A stretch of DNA of 60,190 bases, from IMG/VR virus record IMGVR_UViG_3300049448_000391; one strand, given 5' to 3'. Position 1 is the first letter of the stretch; every line of letters starts with the position of its first letter. Under the pieces are notes generated by a model that was not told the origin of the DNA, did no database searches, and worked only from the letters and a program-made list of their open reading frames with translations. Source of the DNA: a virus. Position numbers and translations under genes: made by a program. Below, piece after piece: positions 18,150 through 27,697 of this stretch.

Positions 18150-19708
18150 TGGCGCTTCAACCGATCACGGGCTACCCGTCCTCGTGGAAGGCGCCCTTCG
18201 TCGCCGCAGAAATCCTGCTCGGGCAGGGTCCGTCGAGCGCCGCCGCTGGCCCGCGTGAAGCTTGCTACGTCGCGCCGATGCTAGCTGCCGGTGCGAACTG
18301 GACGGCGAACACGCTCTATCCGGTCGGCAACGAGCAGGACGTCATCAACGGCGCCGGCGTCGGGTCCCCGATCCACCGGCAGATCCGCAAGCACTTGATG
18401 TGCAACCCGCGCGGCAAGCTGTACGCACTGCCGTACCTGCCCTCGAGCGGCGCAGGCCTCGTCTCCGCGACGGGCACGATCACATACACGTCCGCGCCGA
18501 CCGCGACCGGTCAGACGCAGATCTACGTGTGCGGCGAGCTCATCACGTCGAACTTCACGAGCTCGAGCACGGTCACGACGATCGCGGCCGACGTCGCGGC
18601 GAAGATCAACGCGAAGGTCTGGCTCCCCGTCACGGCAACGCCGGCGGTAGGCGTCGTCACGCTCACGGCCAAGATCGGCGGCGCGTCACAGAACTCGATC
18701 ATCCGGTTCCGTGCGCTCATCGACCCAGGCAAGACGACCACGGTCGCAACAAGCGGCGCGACGGTCGGGACTGGCACCGGCACGGCGGGCGTGGACGGCG
18801 CGACGGCCGAGAGTACGAACCTGGCCGCGGCGCTCGCGACGATCGTCTCGACGCGGCTCTACTACCTCGGTTTCACCGTCCTCGACGGCACGAACTTCAC
18901 GGCCATCAAGACGCACGTCTCGAACAAGAACGCGCCGAGCCCGGGCCTCACGTGCCGCGCCTTCGTCGCCTCCGTGGACACGCTCGCGAACGCGCTCACC
19001 CGCGCGACGGCGCTCAACACCGAGCTGATGCACATCGCGTGGCAGAAGAACTCGGAGCATGATGCGTGCGAGCTCTCCGCGAACCTCATCGCGAGCACGC
19101 AGCTCCGCGAGGAGCTCGACACGGCGTTCCCGGGATTCGACGGCTACGCCCGCGCCGACTGGCAGATCCTGCCGGCGTACGCGCAGGCGGATTGGCCGAC
19201 GGACCAGGACAAGCAGGACGCCGCGACGGGCGGTCTCTGCACGATCACGTCGAACACCGTCAACTCGCAGCTCGTCATGCACGTCACGACGCGCTCGAAG
19301 GACTCGACCGGCGTGATCAACGACTTCCGCGCTACCGAGACCCACCGCGTCTCGGCGATGCACGACTTCGCGGACACGATCAAGCTGCAGCACTACCTGA
19401 CGTACACGCAGAAGGGCTTCAACCTCCAGACCGATCCGCTGAACGCGGACGGCACGGTGGACGTGAACGCTGTCGGGCTCCTGCCCGCGAAGGTGCTCAC
19501 GCCGTACAAGTACCGTCCCTGGTACTTCGCTCGGCTGAAGGACTTCGTCGACGCCGGCAAGTTCCAGAACCTGAAGGCGTGGCAGGACGGGACGCGTATC
19601 AACGTCGATCCGGCGAACGCGAGCCGTCTCGAAGTCGGCTCCGGCGGACGCACCGTCGACGTGCTGCACCAGACGAGCTTCCGGCTCGCCGAGAACTCGC
19701 CCGGTTGA
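18149..19708 (+). CDS. Contractile tail sheath protein
   Basis: 519 aa, followed by a tube-sized gene, a chaperone-position gene and the tape measure, in Mu/P2 order. Confidence 0.65.
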   Translation: MALQPITGYPSSWKAPFVAAEILLGQGPSSAAAGPREACYVAPMLAAGANWTANTLYPVGNEQDVINGAGVGSPIHRQIRKHLMCNPRGKLYALPYLPSSGAGLVSATGTITYTSAPTATGQTQIYVCGELITSNFTSSSTVTTIAADVAAKINAKVWLPVTATPAVGVVTLTAKIGGASQNSIIRFRALIDPGKTTTVATSGATVGTGTGTAGVDGATAESTNLAAALATIVSTRLYYLGFTVLDGTNFTAIKTHVSNKNAPSPGLTCRAFVASVDTLANALTRATALNTELMHIAWQKNSEHDACELSANLIASTQLREELDTAFPGFDGYARADWQILPAYAQADWPTDQDKQDAATGGLCTITSNTVNSQLVMHVTTRSKDSTGVINDFRATETHRVSAMHDFADTIKLQHYLTYTQKGFNLQTDPLNADGTVDVNAVGLLPAKVLTPYKYRPWYFARLKDFVDAGKFQNLKAWQDGTRINVDPANASRLEVGSGGRTVDVLHQTSFRLAENSPG

Positions 19709-19788
19709 GTCTCGCGCTGACCTGACACGGCTACTCGCCGACGCGCCTCCGCCGTCGGCCAACAACGTTTCGCAAAGGGTGATCTCGC

Positions 19789-20160
19789 ATGGCGATGAAC
19801 GACCATCAGCGGATGTCGCTGCTCGTGGATACGGTCCTCCAGATCACCGTCCACGACGTGAGCGTCAACGGCGACTCCGGCGCGCAGGCAGTGAAGACGC
19901 TCGTGCAGGGTCTCGCCGGCAAGACGCCCGGCGCGAAGATGCTCGAGATCGAGGGCAAGTGGTCGCTCCCGGTGTCGGGCATGGAGTTCGATGTCGCGAC
20001 CGCGTGCGCGAACGGCACCTATCACGAGCTCCAGATCCCGCTTGGCAGCAAGACGCTGGTCACGAAGGGCTGGTGGCAGACGTGGAGCGTGCAGGGCTCC
20101 GTCGATTCGAACACCGAGATCGGCGCCAAGTTCACGGGGACTTTCGACGCGCCGAGCTGA
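19789..20160 (+). CDS. Tail tube protein
   Basis: 123 aa directly after the sheath gene. Confidence 0.55.
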   Translation: MAMNDHQRMSLLVDTVLQITVHDVSVNGDSGAQAVKTLVQGLAGKTPGAKMLEIEGKWSLPVSGMEFDVATACANGTYHELQIPLGSKTLVTKGWWQTWSVQGSVDSNTEIGAKFTGTFDAPS

Positions 20161-20226
20161 TCTGAGCTGACGACATAGCGCCCGCATCGGGCGGCAAACG
20201 ACACGTAACCGAAGGGAGACGGTGAA

Positions 20227-21054
20227 GTGGACAACGAGCAGGAAAGCACCGCCTCGGGAGCACCGCGCAATGGCGCGGGGCCCGGGGCGTTTTCTATTGG
20301 GGAAGCGTCCGAGCTGATCGCGGAGCTGACGTCGCCGGCGCCGTCGGAGCCGTTCAGCCTGTTTCGTGTACAGCCCGACGGGAGCAAGAAGGAGTTTCCA
20401 CTGCGGATGCGGCTCCTCCGCGTCGAGGAGACGATCGACTGTCTCCGCGAGGCGCAGGCATACGCGAAGGCGAACGCGGAGATCGGCAAAGAGTACGGCG
20501 ACATCTACAAGGAAGCGCAGGCGGTCGCGCTGATCGCTCGCGCGCTCTGCCACGCGAAGTCGCGGCGGATGACGAACAAGGCGGGCTCGTCGGAAGGCCC
20601 CGAGTACTACCCGCAGCTCTTCACGAGCTCGGCGCAGCTCCGGTCGTCATTCATGGCGCACGAGATCGCTGTCTGCCTGAACGCGCACGAGGTCGTGCAG
20701 GCGAAGTACCGATGTGTCGAGTCGTTCTCTCCAGAAGAGCTCGACAAGTGGGCCGCGCGTCTGTCGGACGCGTTCCTGGGCCCCCTTTTTTTAGCACGCT
20801 TGGACTCGTCTCACTGGCCCGCACTACTTACGTGCTTGGCGCAGCGGGTGCAGTTGCTGTCCGAGAGCCTTGGCCAGCCGCTACCGAGCTTGCTCGATAC
20901 GTCGGCGTCGAACCCAGAGAGCTCGGACAGTGGCACTGGTGGATCTACGCCGTCGCCGCACGTTGTGTCGAGCGAGGGCGAAACGCTTCCGGATGATCGC
21001 CTGCTCACGCGGGACGAGGCCGAAGCGATCGTGAAGGCGCGCAAGGACCCGTAG
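20227..21054 (+). CDS. Tail assembly chaperone-position protein
   Basis: 275 aa between tube and tape measure; GTG start after GGGAGA. Confidence 0.45.
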   Translation: MDNEQESTASGAPRNGAGPGAFSIGEASELIAELTSPAPSEPFSLFRVQPDGSKKEFPLRMRLLRVEETIDCLREAQAYAKANAEIGKEYGDIYKEAQAVALIARALCHAKSRRMTNKAGSSEGPEYYPQLFTSSAQLRSSFMAHEIAVCLNAHEVVQAKYRCVESFSPEELDKWAARLSDAFLGPLFLARLDSSHWPALLTCLAQRVQLLSESLGQPLPSLLDTSASNPESSDSGTGGSTPSPHVVSSEGETLPDDRLLTRDEAEAIVKARKDP

Positions 21055-21066
21055 CAGTAGCAATCG

Positions 21067-23154
21067 ATGACCGTTCCCCTCGTCTACGAGATTTCCTCGA
21101 TCGGCGAGGACAAGCTCAAGCGCACGATGCGCTCCATCGAGTCAGAGGCGAAGGCCTCGGCGTCTCGAATGGACACCGTATCGCGGCGCTCCGTGCGTGG
21201 CGGTCGCGCTCCGGCAGATCCGCAGGCGTGGCAGGCGGCGCGTGGGTTCGACCAGATCGGTCGGGCCGCTCGAGCAGCAGACGCCGCTGCGATCCGCGAG
21301 CGCATGGCGGGCGACAAGCGGGCCTCGGCGGAGCGGCTTCGGCAGATCGCCACGGAAGAGCGTGCGGCCACGCGAGCCGCGAAGGCGGCAGCGAATGTCC
21401 AGGAGCGGACGTCGCGACGCTTCGCCAGCGGCGTGGCGAGCACAGTCGGCGGCTCGGTCAAGAAGGTCGTCGGGCTCGGAGCGAATGCGCTCGCGCTCGG
21501 TGGCGGGCTCTTGGGCGGCGTCGCTGCGGGTAGCGCCATCGAGTCGACGATCGCTCTTCAGCACGCGCAGCGCGCGGTCATCCGCAACGCACGTGGTGCC
21601 GGGCAGGCCGACGCCTACACGTCCGACGAGCTCGGGAAGCGCGTTTCGTCGGCAGCGCTCAGCACGGGAGCCAGCCAGGAGGACGTCACCGCTGGACTCG
21701 CTGCGTTCGTCGCCAAGACCGGCGACCTGAAGACGGCCGTCGGTAACCTGCAGTCGTTCTCGACTGTCGCCATGGCCACCGGAGCATCGGTGGAGGACAT
21801 CGCCGGAGCGGCAGCGGATCTCGCGCAGAAGTTCGACATCAGCACGACCGAAGGCATGGCCGAAGCCCTATCCGTGCTCGCCTTCCAGGGCAAGAAGGGC
21901 GCGTTCGAGCTGAAGAACATGGCCGCCGAGTTCCCGGTGCTCGCGTCGGCGGCGGCTCGGTCCGGCATGACCGGAGAGAAGGGCGTCAAGCAGCTCGGCG
22001 GCCTCATCCAGATCGCGACCGTTGGCGCGGGCAAAGGAGAGGCAACGACGAGTCTCGTCGACGCGTTCTCGGAACTCACGAAGCACGCGGCGGAGCTCGA
22101 GGGCGCCGGCGTTCACATCTTCAAGAAGGGCAAAGGCATCGGGCACGGCGAGGTCCAGAACGACTTCCAAGACTCGATCCGCGAGGTGATATCGGCCAAG
22201 CGCGGCGACCTCACGAAGCTCGATCCGATCTTCGGGCTGCGCGGCATCAAGGCGGTCTCTCCGATGATCAGCGCCTACAACAAGGCGTCGATCGGCGCGG
22301 GAGGCGGCGCGAAGGGCGACGCAGCGGGGCGCGCGGCGATCGACGCGATGATCAAGACGAACATCGAGGCGGGCGGCACGTTCGCGGAGATCCAGAAGGA
22401 CGCAGCGAACGCCCTGAAGGACACGTCGTCGCAGCTCGAGAACGCGCGCACGTTGTTCACGAACGCCGTTGGTCAGCAGATGCTGCCCGTACTCACGTCG
22501 CTGATCCCGAAGTTCACGGAGCTCATCCCGACGATCGCGAACGCGACGGGTGTCTTCGCAGGATTTGCTGAGAAGCTGATCGACGACCCGATTCCGAACA
22601 TCGGCAAGCTCATCGCCGCAAAGGTGGGCTTCGACCTCGCCGAAGCCGGCATCGGCGCTGTGCTCAAGAGCGGACTCGAGACCGCGCTGAAGGCCGCGAC
22701 GGGCGGCGCGATCGGAGCCGGCGGCGTCCTCAGCGTCTTCGTGACCGGCGGCTTGATCGGCGTGACGCTCGGCGCTGCGGCAGGAAACGAGGCGGCGGGG
22801 CGCTTGGCAGATCCCGGAACCGCGGCCGCGCAATCGATGCTCGATCTCGCGCAGGGCAAACTGAGCGACCCGAAGGAGATCTCCGACCGCCGCGCGATGC
22901 TGCAGTCGAAGATGACCGATCTCCAGGAGAACGGTCCGGGAGCGGTCGCAACGGTCTTCGGCGGCGTCTCGAAGGCACTCGGTGGGCAGTCCGCGTCTGA
23001 GGTCCAGCAGGCGTCCGTCGCCTCCCTGCAGACGGCGATCGACAAGCTTTCCGCGGCGCTCAGCAAGGGCGGCGACGATCTCGTAGGCAAGCTCGCAGCC
23101 GCGAACGTCGGCGGAGGGGACGCGCGCCGCACGATGCCCATCGGGGCAAGATGA
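21067..23154 (+). CDS. Tail tape measure protein
   Basis: 695 aa, Ala/Gly-rich helical sequence, positioned before the baseplate genes. Confidence 0.8.
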   Translation: MTVPLVYEISSIGEDKLKRTMRSIESEAKASASRMDTVSRRSVRGGRAPADPQAWQAARGFDQIGRAARAADAAAIRERMAGDKRASAERLRQIATEERAATRAAKAAANVQERTSRRFASGVASTVGGSVKKVVGLGANALALGGGLLGGVAAGSAIESTIALQHAQRAVIRNARGAGQADAYTSDELGKRVSSAALSTGASQEDVTAGLAAFVAKTGDLKTAVGNLQSFSTVAMATGASVEDIAGAAADLAQKFDISTTEGMAEALSVLAFQGKKGAFELKNMAAEFPVLASAAARSGMTGEKGVKQLGGLIQIATVGAGKGEATTSLVDAFSELTKHAAELEGAGVHIFKKGKGIGHGEVQNDFQDSIREVISAKRGDLTKLDPIFGLRGIKAVSPMISAYNKASIGAGGGAKGDAAGRAAIDAMIKTNIEAGGTFAEIQKDAANALKDTSSQLENARTLFTNAVGQQMLPVLTSLIPKFTELIPTIANATGVFAGFAEKLIDDPIPNIGKLIAAKVGFDLAEAGIGAVLKSGLETALKAATGGAIGAGGVLSVFVTGGLIGVTLGAAAGNEAAGRLADPGTAAAQSMLDLAQGKLSDPKEISDRRAMLQSKMTDLQENGPGAVATVFGGVSKALGGQSASEVQQASVASLQTAIDKLSAALSKGGDDLVGKLAAANVGGGDARRTMPIGAR

Positions 23155-24080
23155 CCGACGTACTCCGCCAGCTCAATGACGCCGCGTGGCGCGGCATCCA
23201 GTTCCCGATCAGCGCGTGGGACTTCGGCTTCTCACAGGACAACGAGAAGCACCGGTTCATCTTCCGCGACGAGGAGCTGATCGAGTCCCTCGGGACGACG
23301 AATCCGACCTACCGCTACACGATCCCGTTCCGCGAGGACATCGTGCGCGGACCCTTCGTGAACCTGTTCACGAAGGTGTGGCCGCAGTTCCTGACGGCCT
23401 GCCTCGATCGCACGCAAGGCCTCCTCGACGACCCGTTCAACGGGCCCGTGCAGGTCAAGGTCGCATCGCTGCAGGCGACGGGCGATCCGGACAAGCGGGA
23501 TGGCATCGACGTCCAGTGCGACTTCATCACGTCGCCCGACGAGGACTTCGACCGGAAGGACCTCGGCTCGAACCTCTCCACGATCGAAGGCGCGCGGGGG
23601 ATGCAGGGCTTCCTCGACCGCGAGGCGGGCAAGCTCGACGACGCGACGAAGAAGACGATCGCCGCCCTGAACAAGGACTCGGGCTTCGGTCGCCTGAACC
23701 CGTTCGACGCCGCGACGGGAGCCATCAATCAGATCGAGGCGGGCGGGAACAAGATCTCCGCTGCCTTCGGCGACGTGGCCTTTCGCGCCGGCAAGCTCGA
23801 CGACGCCCTCCGGCGGAACGCGAACCCGCGGACGGCTCCCCTCCGCTCGAACGCGCGCAGCATGCAGCTAACGGCGCTCGACCTTCAGAAGCAGACGCTG
23901 ACTGGCAACGCCGCGCGGAGCCGCACGATCCGCCTCTACACGGTGCTCGCCGCGATCGGGAAGCTCGCGCTCGCGTCGAAGCTCGGAATGGGCGTGCGGG
24001 ATCTCATTCGGCTGAACCCTTCGATCGCGCGCATGCCGCTCGTCCCAGCCGGCACGCAAGTCACCTACTTCGTGTCATGA
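23151..24080 (+). CDS. Mu gp43 (gpN, DNA-circulation)-like tail protein with LysM-like C-terminus
   Basis: N-terminal AAWRGIQFPI as in the Mu N family; C-terminal ...LGMGVRDLIRLNPSIARMPLVPAGTQVTYF. Confidence 0.55.
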   Translation: MTDVLRQLNDAAWRGIQFPISAWDFGFSQDNEKHRFIFRDEELIESLGTTNPTYRYTIPFREDIVRGPFVNLFTKVWPQFLTACLDRTQGLLDDPFNGPVQVKVASLQATGDPDKRDGIDVQCDFITSPDEDFDRKDLGSNLSTIEGARGMQGFLDREAGKLDDATKKTIAALNKDSGFGRLNPFDAATGAINQIEAGGNKISAAFGDVAFRAGKLDDALRRNANPRTAPLRSNARSMQLTALDLQKQTLTGNAARSRTIRLYTVLAAIGKLALASKLGMGVRDLIRLNPSIARMPLVPAGTQVTYFVS

Positions 24081-25351
24081 CCGAGCTCGCGCAGCACAAG
24101 CTGACGGTGCTCATCGAATCGACCGGCGAGGTCTGGGACAAGATCCAGACGTACCGGCTCAACTCGAACTACCTGACGCCATCGGACGAGTGGGAGTTCG
24201 TCGCCTACGACACGGCGAGCCCGGCATCGCTCCGGCGCAAGTTTCGCCCGCTCATGCGGGTAAAGCTCTTCATCGACGGCGAGCTCCAGGTGCACGGCCG
24301 CATCGACGAGACGGAGGGCACCGGCGGCTCGGGAAGCGCGCTCCTCGTGAAGGGACGCGACTACGTCGGCGAGCTCGTCGATGCCGGCGCCGATCCTTCG
24401 ATCCGCTTCACCGAGAAGCAGGACCTCGGGGACGCGCTCCTCACGCTCTTCAGGCCGCACGGGATCGTGACGCTCTTCGGGAACTGGAACCTGACGCGGA
24501 ACCTGCTGACGGGGCGCATCCCACAGGTTGGCGTTCCGCGGAACGACTTCCACACGGCGAAGATCGAGGACTTCAAGGTCAGCTCGGGCCAGGGCGTATT
24601 CGAGACGGCTGACAAGATCGTCGCGCGGCACGGCTACACGATCCAACCGGGCGGAACCCGTGACTCGCTCTGCGTGACGGAGCCACAGTTCGGACAGGAC
24701 CCTCTCTACACGCTCAGTCGTCCAGGGAACGTGCTCGAGGGTCGGGCCCGGCGCTGCTACGCCGACGTGCCGTCCGTCACGATCGCCACCGGGCGCGTGA
24801 AGAAGAAGCGGAAGACGAAGGCGTCGAACCTCTTCGATCGAACGGCGCAGGTCGGCACGGACGGCGTCGTGCAAGACGAGGCGCTGCTCCCGGCGCTCGT
24901 GCAGTTCCCGAGCTTCGGCGACCTCGCCCCGAACGAGCTCGGCACCTTCGCGGAAGTGAAACGGATCGCGCTCGAGCCGCTGACGCTACTCCGGCAATCG
25001 CGCGTCGACTGGAAGGCGAAGACGATGCCGTACACGGCGGACGACGACGTCATTTATCGGCCGATGTACTACGAGGATCGAAACTCGCGCACGGACGAGC
25101 AGCTCGAGCGCGTGGCGCGCCGCGAGCTCGGGCGCCGCATGAAGGACGTGCTCACGTACAAGTGCACGATGCGCGGGCACCGCGATCTCGTGAGCGGCGC
25201 CGTCTACGCGATCGATACGGTCGCGACGGTCAACGACCAGAACGAGGACGTGAATCAGACGATGTGGGTCCTCGACCGAACGTTCTTCAACAACGGGCAG
25301 GGGCCGAAGACCGATCTGCAGCTCATCCTCCCCGGAGCGATCGCGCTCTGA
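24077..25351 (+). CDS. Baseplate hub protein (Mu gp44 / P2 gpD-like)
   Basis: ATG 24077 in ATGA overlap (the track ORF 23186.. is an upstream extension); 424 aa in the Mu gene order. Confidence 0.55.
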   Translation: MTELAQHKLTVLIESTGEVWDKIQTYRLNSNYLTPSDEWEFVAYDTASPASLRRKFRPLMRVKLFIDGELQVHGRIDETEGTGGSGSALLVKGRDYVGELVDAGADPSIRFTEKQDLGDALLTLFRPHGIVTLFGNWNLTRNLLTGRIPQVGVPRNDFHTAKIEDFKVSSGQGVFETADKIVARHGYTIQPGGTRDSLCVTEPQFGQDPLYTLSRPGNVLEGRARRCYADVPSVTIATGRVKKKRKTKASNLFDRTAQVGTDGVVQDEALLPALVQFPSFGDLAPNELGTFAEVKRIALEPLTLLRQSRVDWKAKTMPYTADDDVIYRPMYYEDRNSRTDEQLERVARRELGRRMKDVLTYKCTMRGHRDLVSGAVYAIDTVATVNDQNEDVNQTMWVLDRTFFNNGQGPKTDLQLILPGAIAL

Positions 25352-26001
25352 TGTCCCACGACTGGTGCGAACTCGGGACGTTCTTCCTCGAGCAGGCGAG
25401 CAAGTCTCTCTTCGTGCAGTGCCACGGCGGCGCCGTCTCGGACGACGGCACGGCGCCCGACTACGGGTCGGTGCCGATGATGTGTGCCCTCGGGCTCACG
25501 GCCGCGCCGTATCAGGCGACGAAGGACGGCGCCGTCGAGTCGATCGTCGCTCGCGACATCCCTGGCATTGATGGCGCGGTCGTCGGCGCTCGCGACACGC
25601 GATCTGCGAAGATCGCCGGTAACCTGAAGCCCGGCGACACGGTTCTTCACTCGACCGGTCCGCAGCAAGCCGCACAGGTCCAGCTCAAGGAGGACAAGCG
25701 TCAGGCGGCCGTCCTTACGAAGACGAGCGGCGGCAAGACGATGATGTTCTTGCTGGACGGCGACGCCGACGTCGTCCAGCTCACACACGCGGGCGCGATG
25801 TTTCAGATCGCCAAGAACGGCGACGTCTCGATCGTCAACGGCTCGGGCGCTGGAATTCTCATTCAGGGCGGCAACGTGCACGTGCTCGGAAACCCGGTAC
25901 TCGGCGCCGGCAATCCTCCGCTCTGCTTCGCGCTCTGCACGCCAGCCGGCTATCCGCTCGGCGGCATCGTGGCCTGTCAGGGAGTGACGCCAGGGACGTG
26001 A
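25351..26001 (+). CDS. Baseplate spike/assembly protein V-like (Mu gp45 position)
   Basis: ATG 25351 overlaps the previous TGA; 216 aa. Confidence 0.45.
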   Translation: MSHDWCELGTFFLEQASKSLFVQCHGGAVSDDGTAPDYGSVPMMCALGLTAAPYQATKDGAVESIVARDIPGIDGAVVGARDTRSAKIAGNLKPGDTVLHSTGPQQAAQVQLKEDKRQAAVLTKTSGGKTMMFLLDGDADVVQLTHAGAMFQIAKNGDVSIVNGSGAGILIQGGNVHVLGNPVLGAGNPPLCFALCTPAGYPLGGIVACQGVTPGT

Positions 26002-26004
26002 TGC

Positions 26005-26313
26005 GTGTGCGAGTTCACGCTTCCGGCGTTCCAGATCCCGCTCCCGTCGCTCCCCTTCCCGGCCATTCCGACGCTGCCGACGTTCGCCGTCAACTTCGAC
26101 CTGCCTGGGCTCGACATCACACTGCCGGCTTTCAAGCTGCCGCTCCCAGCGTTGCCGCTACCCGCGCTCCCGTCGCTCCCTCCCTTCTCGCTCGCGTTTG
26201 ACCTGCCAGGGATCGACGTGACGCTTCCAGCATTCCGGATCCCCATTCCGAGCCTGCCGTTCCCGACGATCGCCGTCCTGCTGTCCTTCGTGGTGCCGTG
26301 CCCGTTCGACTAG
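26005..26313 (+). CDS. Pro/Leu-rich triple-repeat protein (102 aa)
   Basis: GTG 26005, 4 nt after the spike-gene stop; three 34-aa units each starting TLPAF(Q/K/R)(I/L)P(L/I)P. Confidence 0.55.
   Translation: MCEFTLPAFQIPLPSLPFPAIPTLPTFAVNFDLPGLDITLPAFKLPLPALPLPALPSLPPFSLAFDLPGIDVTLPAFRIPIPSLPFPTIAVLLSFVVPCPFD
26017..26313 (+). repeat. Tandem 102-nt coding repeat, about 3 units
   Basis: Units start at 26017, 26119 and 26221; the last unit is truncated and diverged. Confidence 0.8.
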
Positions 26314-27119
26314 GGAGGGCCGCACTGCCACATGCCGTGCCCATCGGCGCACAGCGGACACTGCTTGCCAGTCGCAAGATCGAAAAGAGGACTGCAGGAG
26401 TAGTAGGAGCCACGACACCCAGTAAGTGGAGACGTCTGACAGTAGCCGTCGCAAATTGCACCGGGCGGGATTGGCTTCGTCGGATCGCAGCTGCCCGCGT
26501 ATCCCTTCGTGTAGCAAGAAAACACGGACTGCCCGGAAACGACGGTGCAGACTTGGTCTGCGGAGCAAGTCCCGTTCCCGGGACCGCAAGTTGGTAGTCC
26601 CGCTTCCGGGGCAGTTCCGGTGCCGCCAGCCGCCGAAGTTTGACCGCCATCGCTGGCGCCCCCTGATCCGGTCGCTCCTCCCGTTCCGACAGGCTGACAG
26701 CACGCGCATAGCGTCCCGGCGCAGCAGTGGTGCCAACCCGTCGAGCACGAGTTGCTGCACGCGGGCGCGTAGCAGGCGGCATTGGTCCCACCGCTCCCGA
26801 TCTCGCCGGCGTCTGCGCCAGCAGAGCCGAGGCCGCCCGCGCCCTGCGCCCCACCGCTCGACGGTGTCACGCACTTCCCGTTTTCGCAGACCCTGGCGCC
26901 CTTGCAGTCCAGGTCGGTCGAGCATCCGAGGACAACGCCTACGCGGCCTCCTGAAGAGACGGAGCCGCCGAGGCCGCTCCTGCCTCCGGAGCTCGCCATC
27001 GCGCCTCCTGAGCCAGCGTCAGACGGAGAACCGCCCTTTGCGGCCTGCCCCCCGAACAGCGATCCATCGCTCGACCCGCAGCCGATCACGAGCAGCCCCA
27101 CCCAAAGCTTCTGACGCAT
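26310..27119 (-). CDS. Cys-rich secreted lipoprotein (antisense moron inside the baseplate operon)
   Basis: MRQKLWVGLLVIGC|GSS lipobox, more than 25 Cys, Gly/Ser linkers, GGGAGAG SD; the only protein-coding gene on the minus strand of the rightward arm (the other is the tRNA). Confidence 0.7.
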   Translation of the reverse strand: MRQKLWVGLLVIGCGSSDGSLFGGQAAKGGSPSDAGSGGAMASSGGRSGLGGSVSSGGRVGVVLGCSTDLDCKGARVCENGKCVTPSSGGAQGAGGLGSAGADAGEIGSGGTNAACYAPACSNSCSTGWHHCCAGTLCACCQPVGTGGATGSGGASDGGQTSAAGGTGTAPEAGLPTCGPGNGTCSADQVCTVVSGQSVFSCYTKGYAGSCDPTKPIPPGAICDGYCQTSPLTGCRGSYYSCSPLFDLATGKQCPLCADGHGMWQCGPP

Positions 27120-27268
27120 CGGCTCTCCCTAATCGGACAGCCTAACTCTCCGCCGACGCCCCCGCAAACGGGCGTCCCGGCTTCGACAGTCTCCGGGCGC
27201 GGCCGTGCGTCCAGGCGACGGCGCCGCTCCCTCGGCCGCCGTTTCCGAACCCCCGCGGCCATTCAACC

Positions 27269-27697
27269 ATGTCCGGATGGATCGGTTCACCGTTCGCCGT
27301 CTACCCGTTCGGTGCTGGCACGCCGTCGTCGTCCCTTGCGACGCCGACCGTCCCGGCGCTGACGGCGCCGTACATCGATCCGCGCACCCGTGACTACGTC
27401 CGGCAGAGCGACGGCGAGCTCGCCCGCATGCCGCGCGTGCGGCAGCAGATGCTGATCGCGCTCACGACCGTCGTCGGAACGATGAGCGCGAGCCAGAAGT
27501 TCGGGATCGTCCTGCCTCAGAAGGTGGACGACACCTTCGCGCGCCGGATGGACATCCAGGTGCGCCGCGCCTGCAAGCACATCGTCGACGCGCTCATCAC
27601 GGCCGTCACGACCGAAATCACCGGCATGGGTCGCGTCATCACGACCGTCGCCTTCACGGATCTCACGAACGGCCTCGCCGATCGAGTCAGCGCGTAA
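27269..27697 (+). CDS. Baseplate protein, Mu gp46-like
   Basis: 142 aa directly before the J-like gene; YIDPRTRDYV...QQMLIALTT resembles the GP46 family. Confidence 0.45.
   Translation: MSGWIGSPFAVYPFGAGTPSSSLATPTVPALTAPYIDPRTRDYVRQSDGELARMPRVRQQMLIALTTVVGTMSASQKFGIVLPQKVDDTFARRMDIQVRRACKHIVDALITAVTTEITGMGRVITTVAFTDLTNGLADRVSA

Noticed and set aside
20787-20793. In-frame T_TTT_TTA slippery heptamer in the chaperone-position gene between tube and tape measure. This is the place where P2/Mu-type -1 frameshifting occurs.
   Set aside because: The 0 frame continues for 260 nt and has the higher third-position G+C by my hand count (roughly 77% against 57%). The -1 frame ends earlier (20996), so it does not extend the protein. 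I saw no downstream structure. It may still deserve a proteomic check.
23186-24076. N-terminal 297 codons of track ORF 23186-25351.
   Set aside because: This part overlaps the gpN-like gene in another frame with nonsense composition. A clean ATGA-coupled start exists at 24077.
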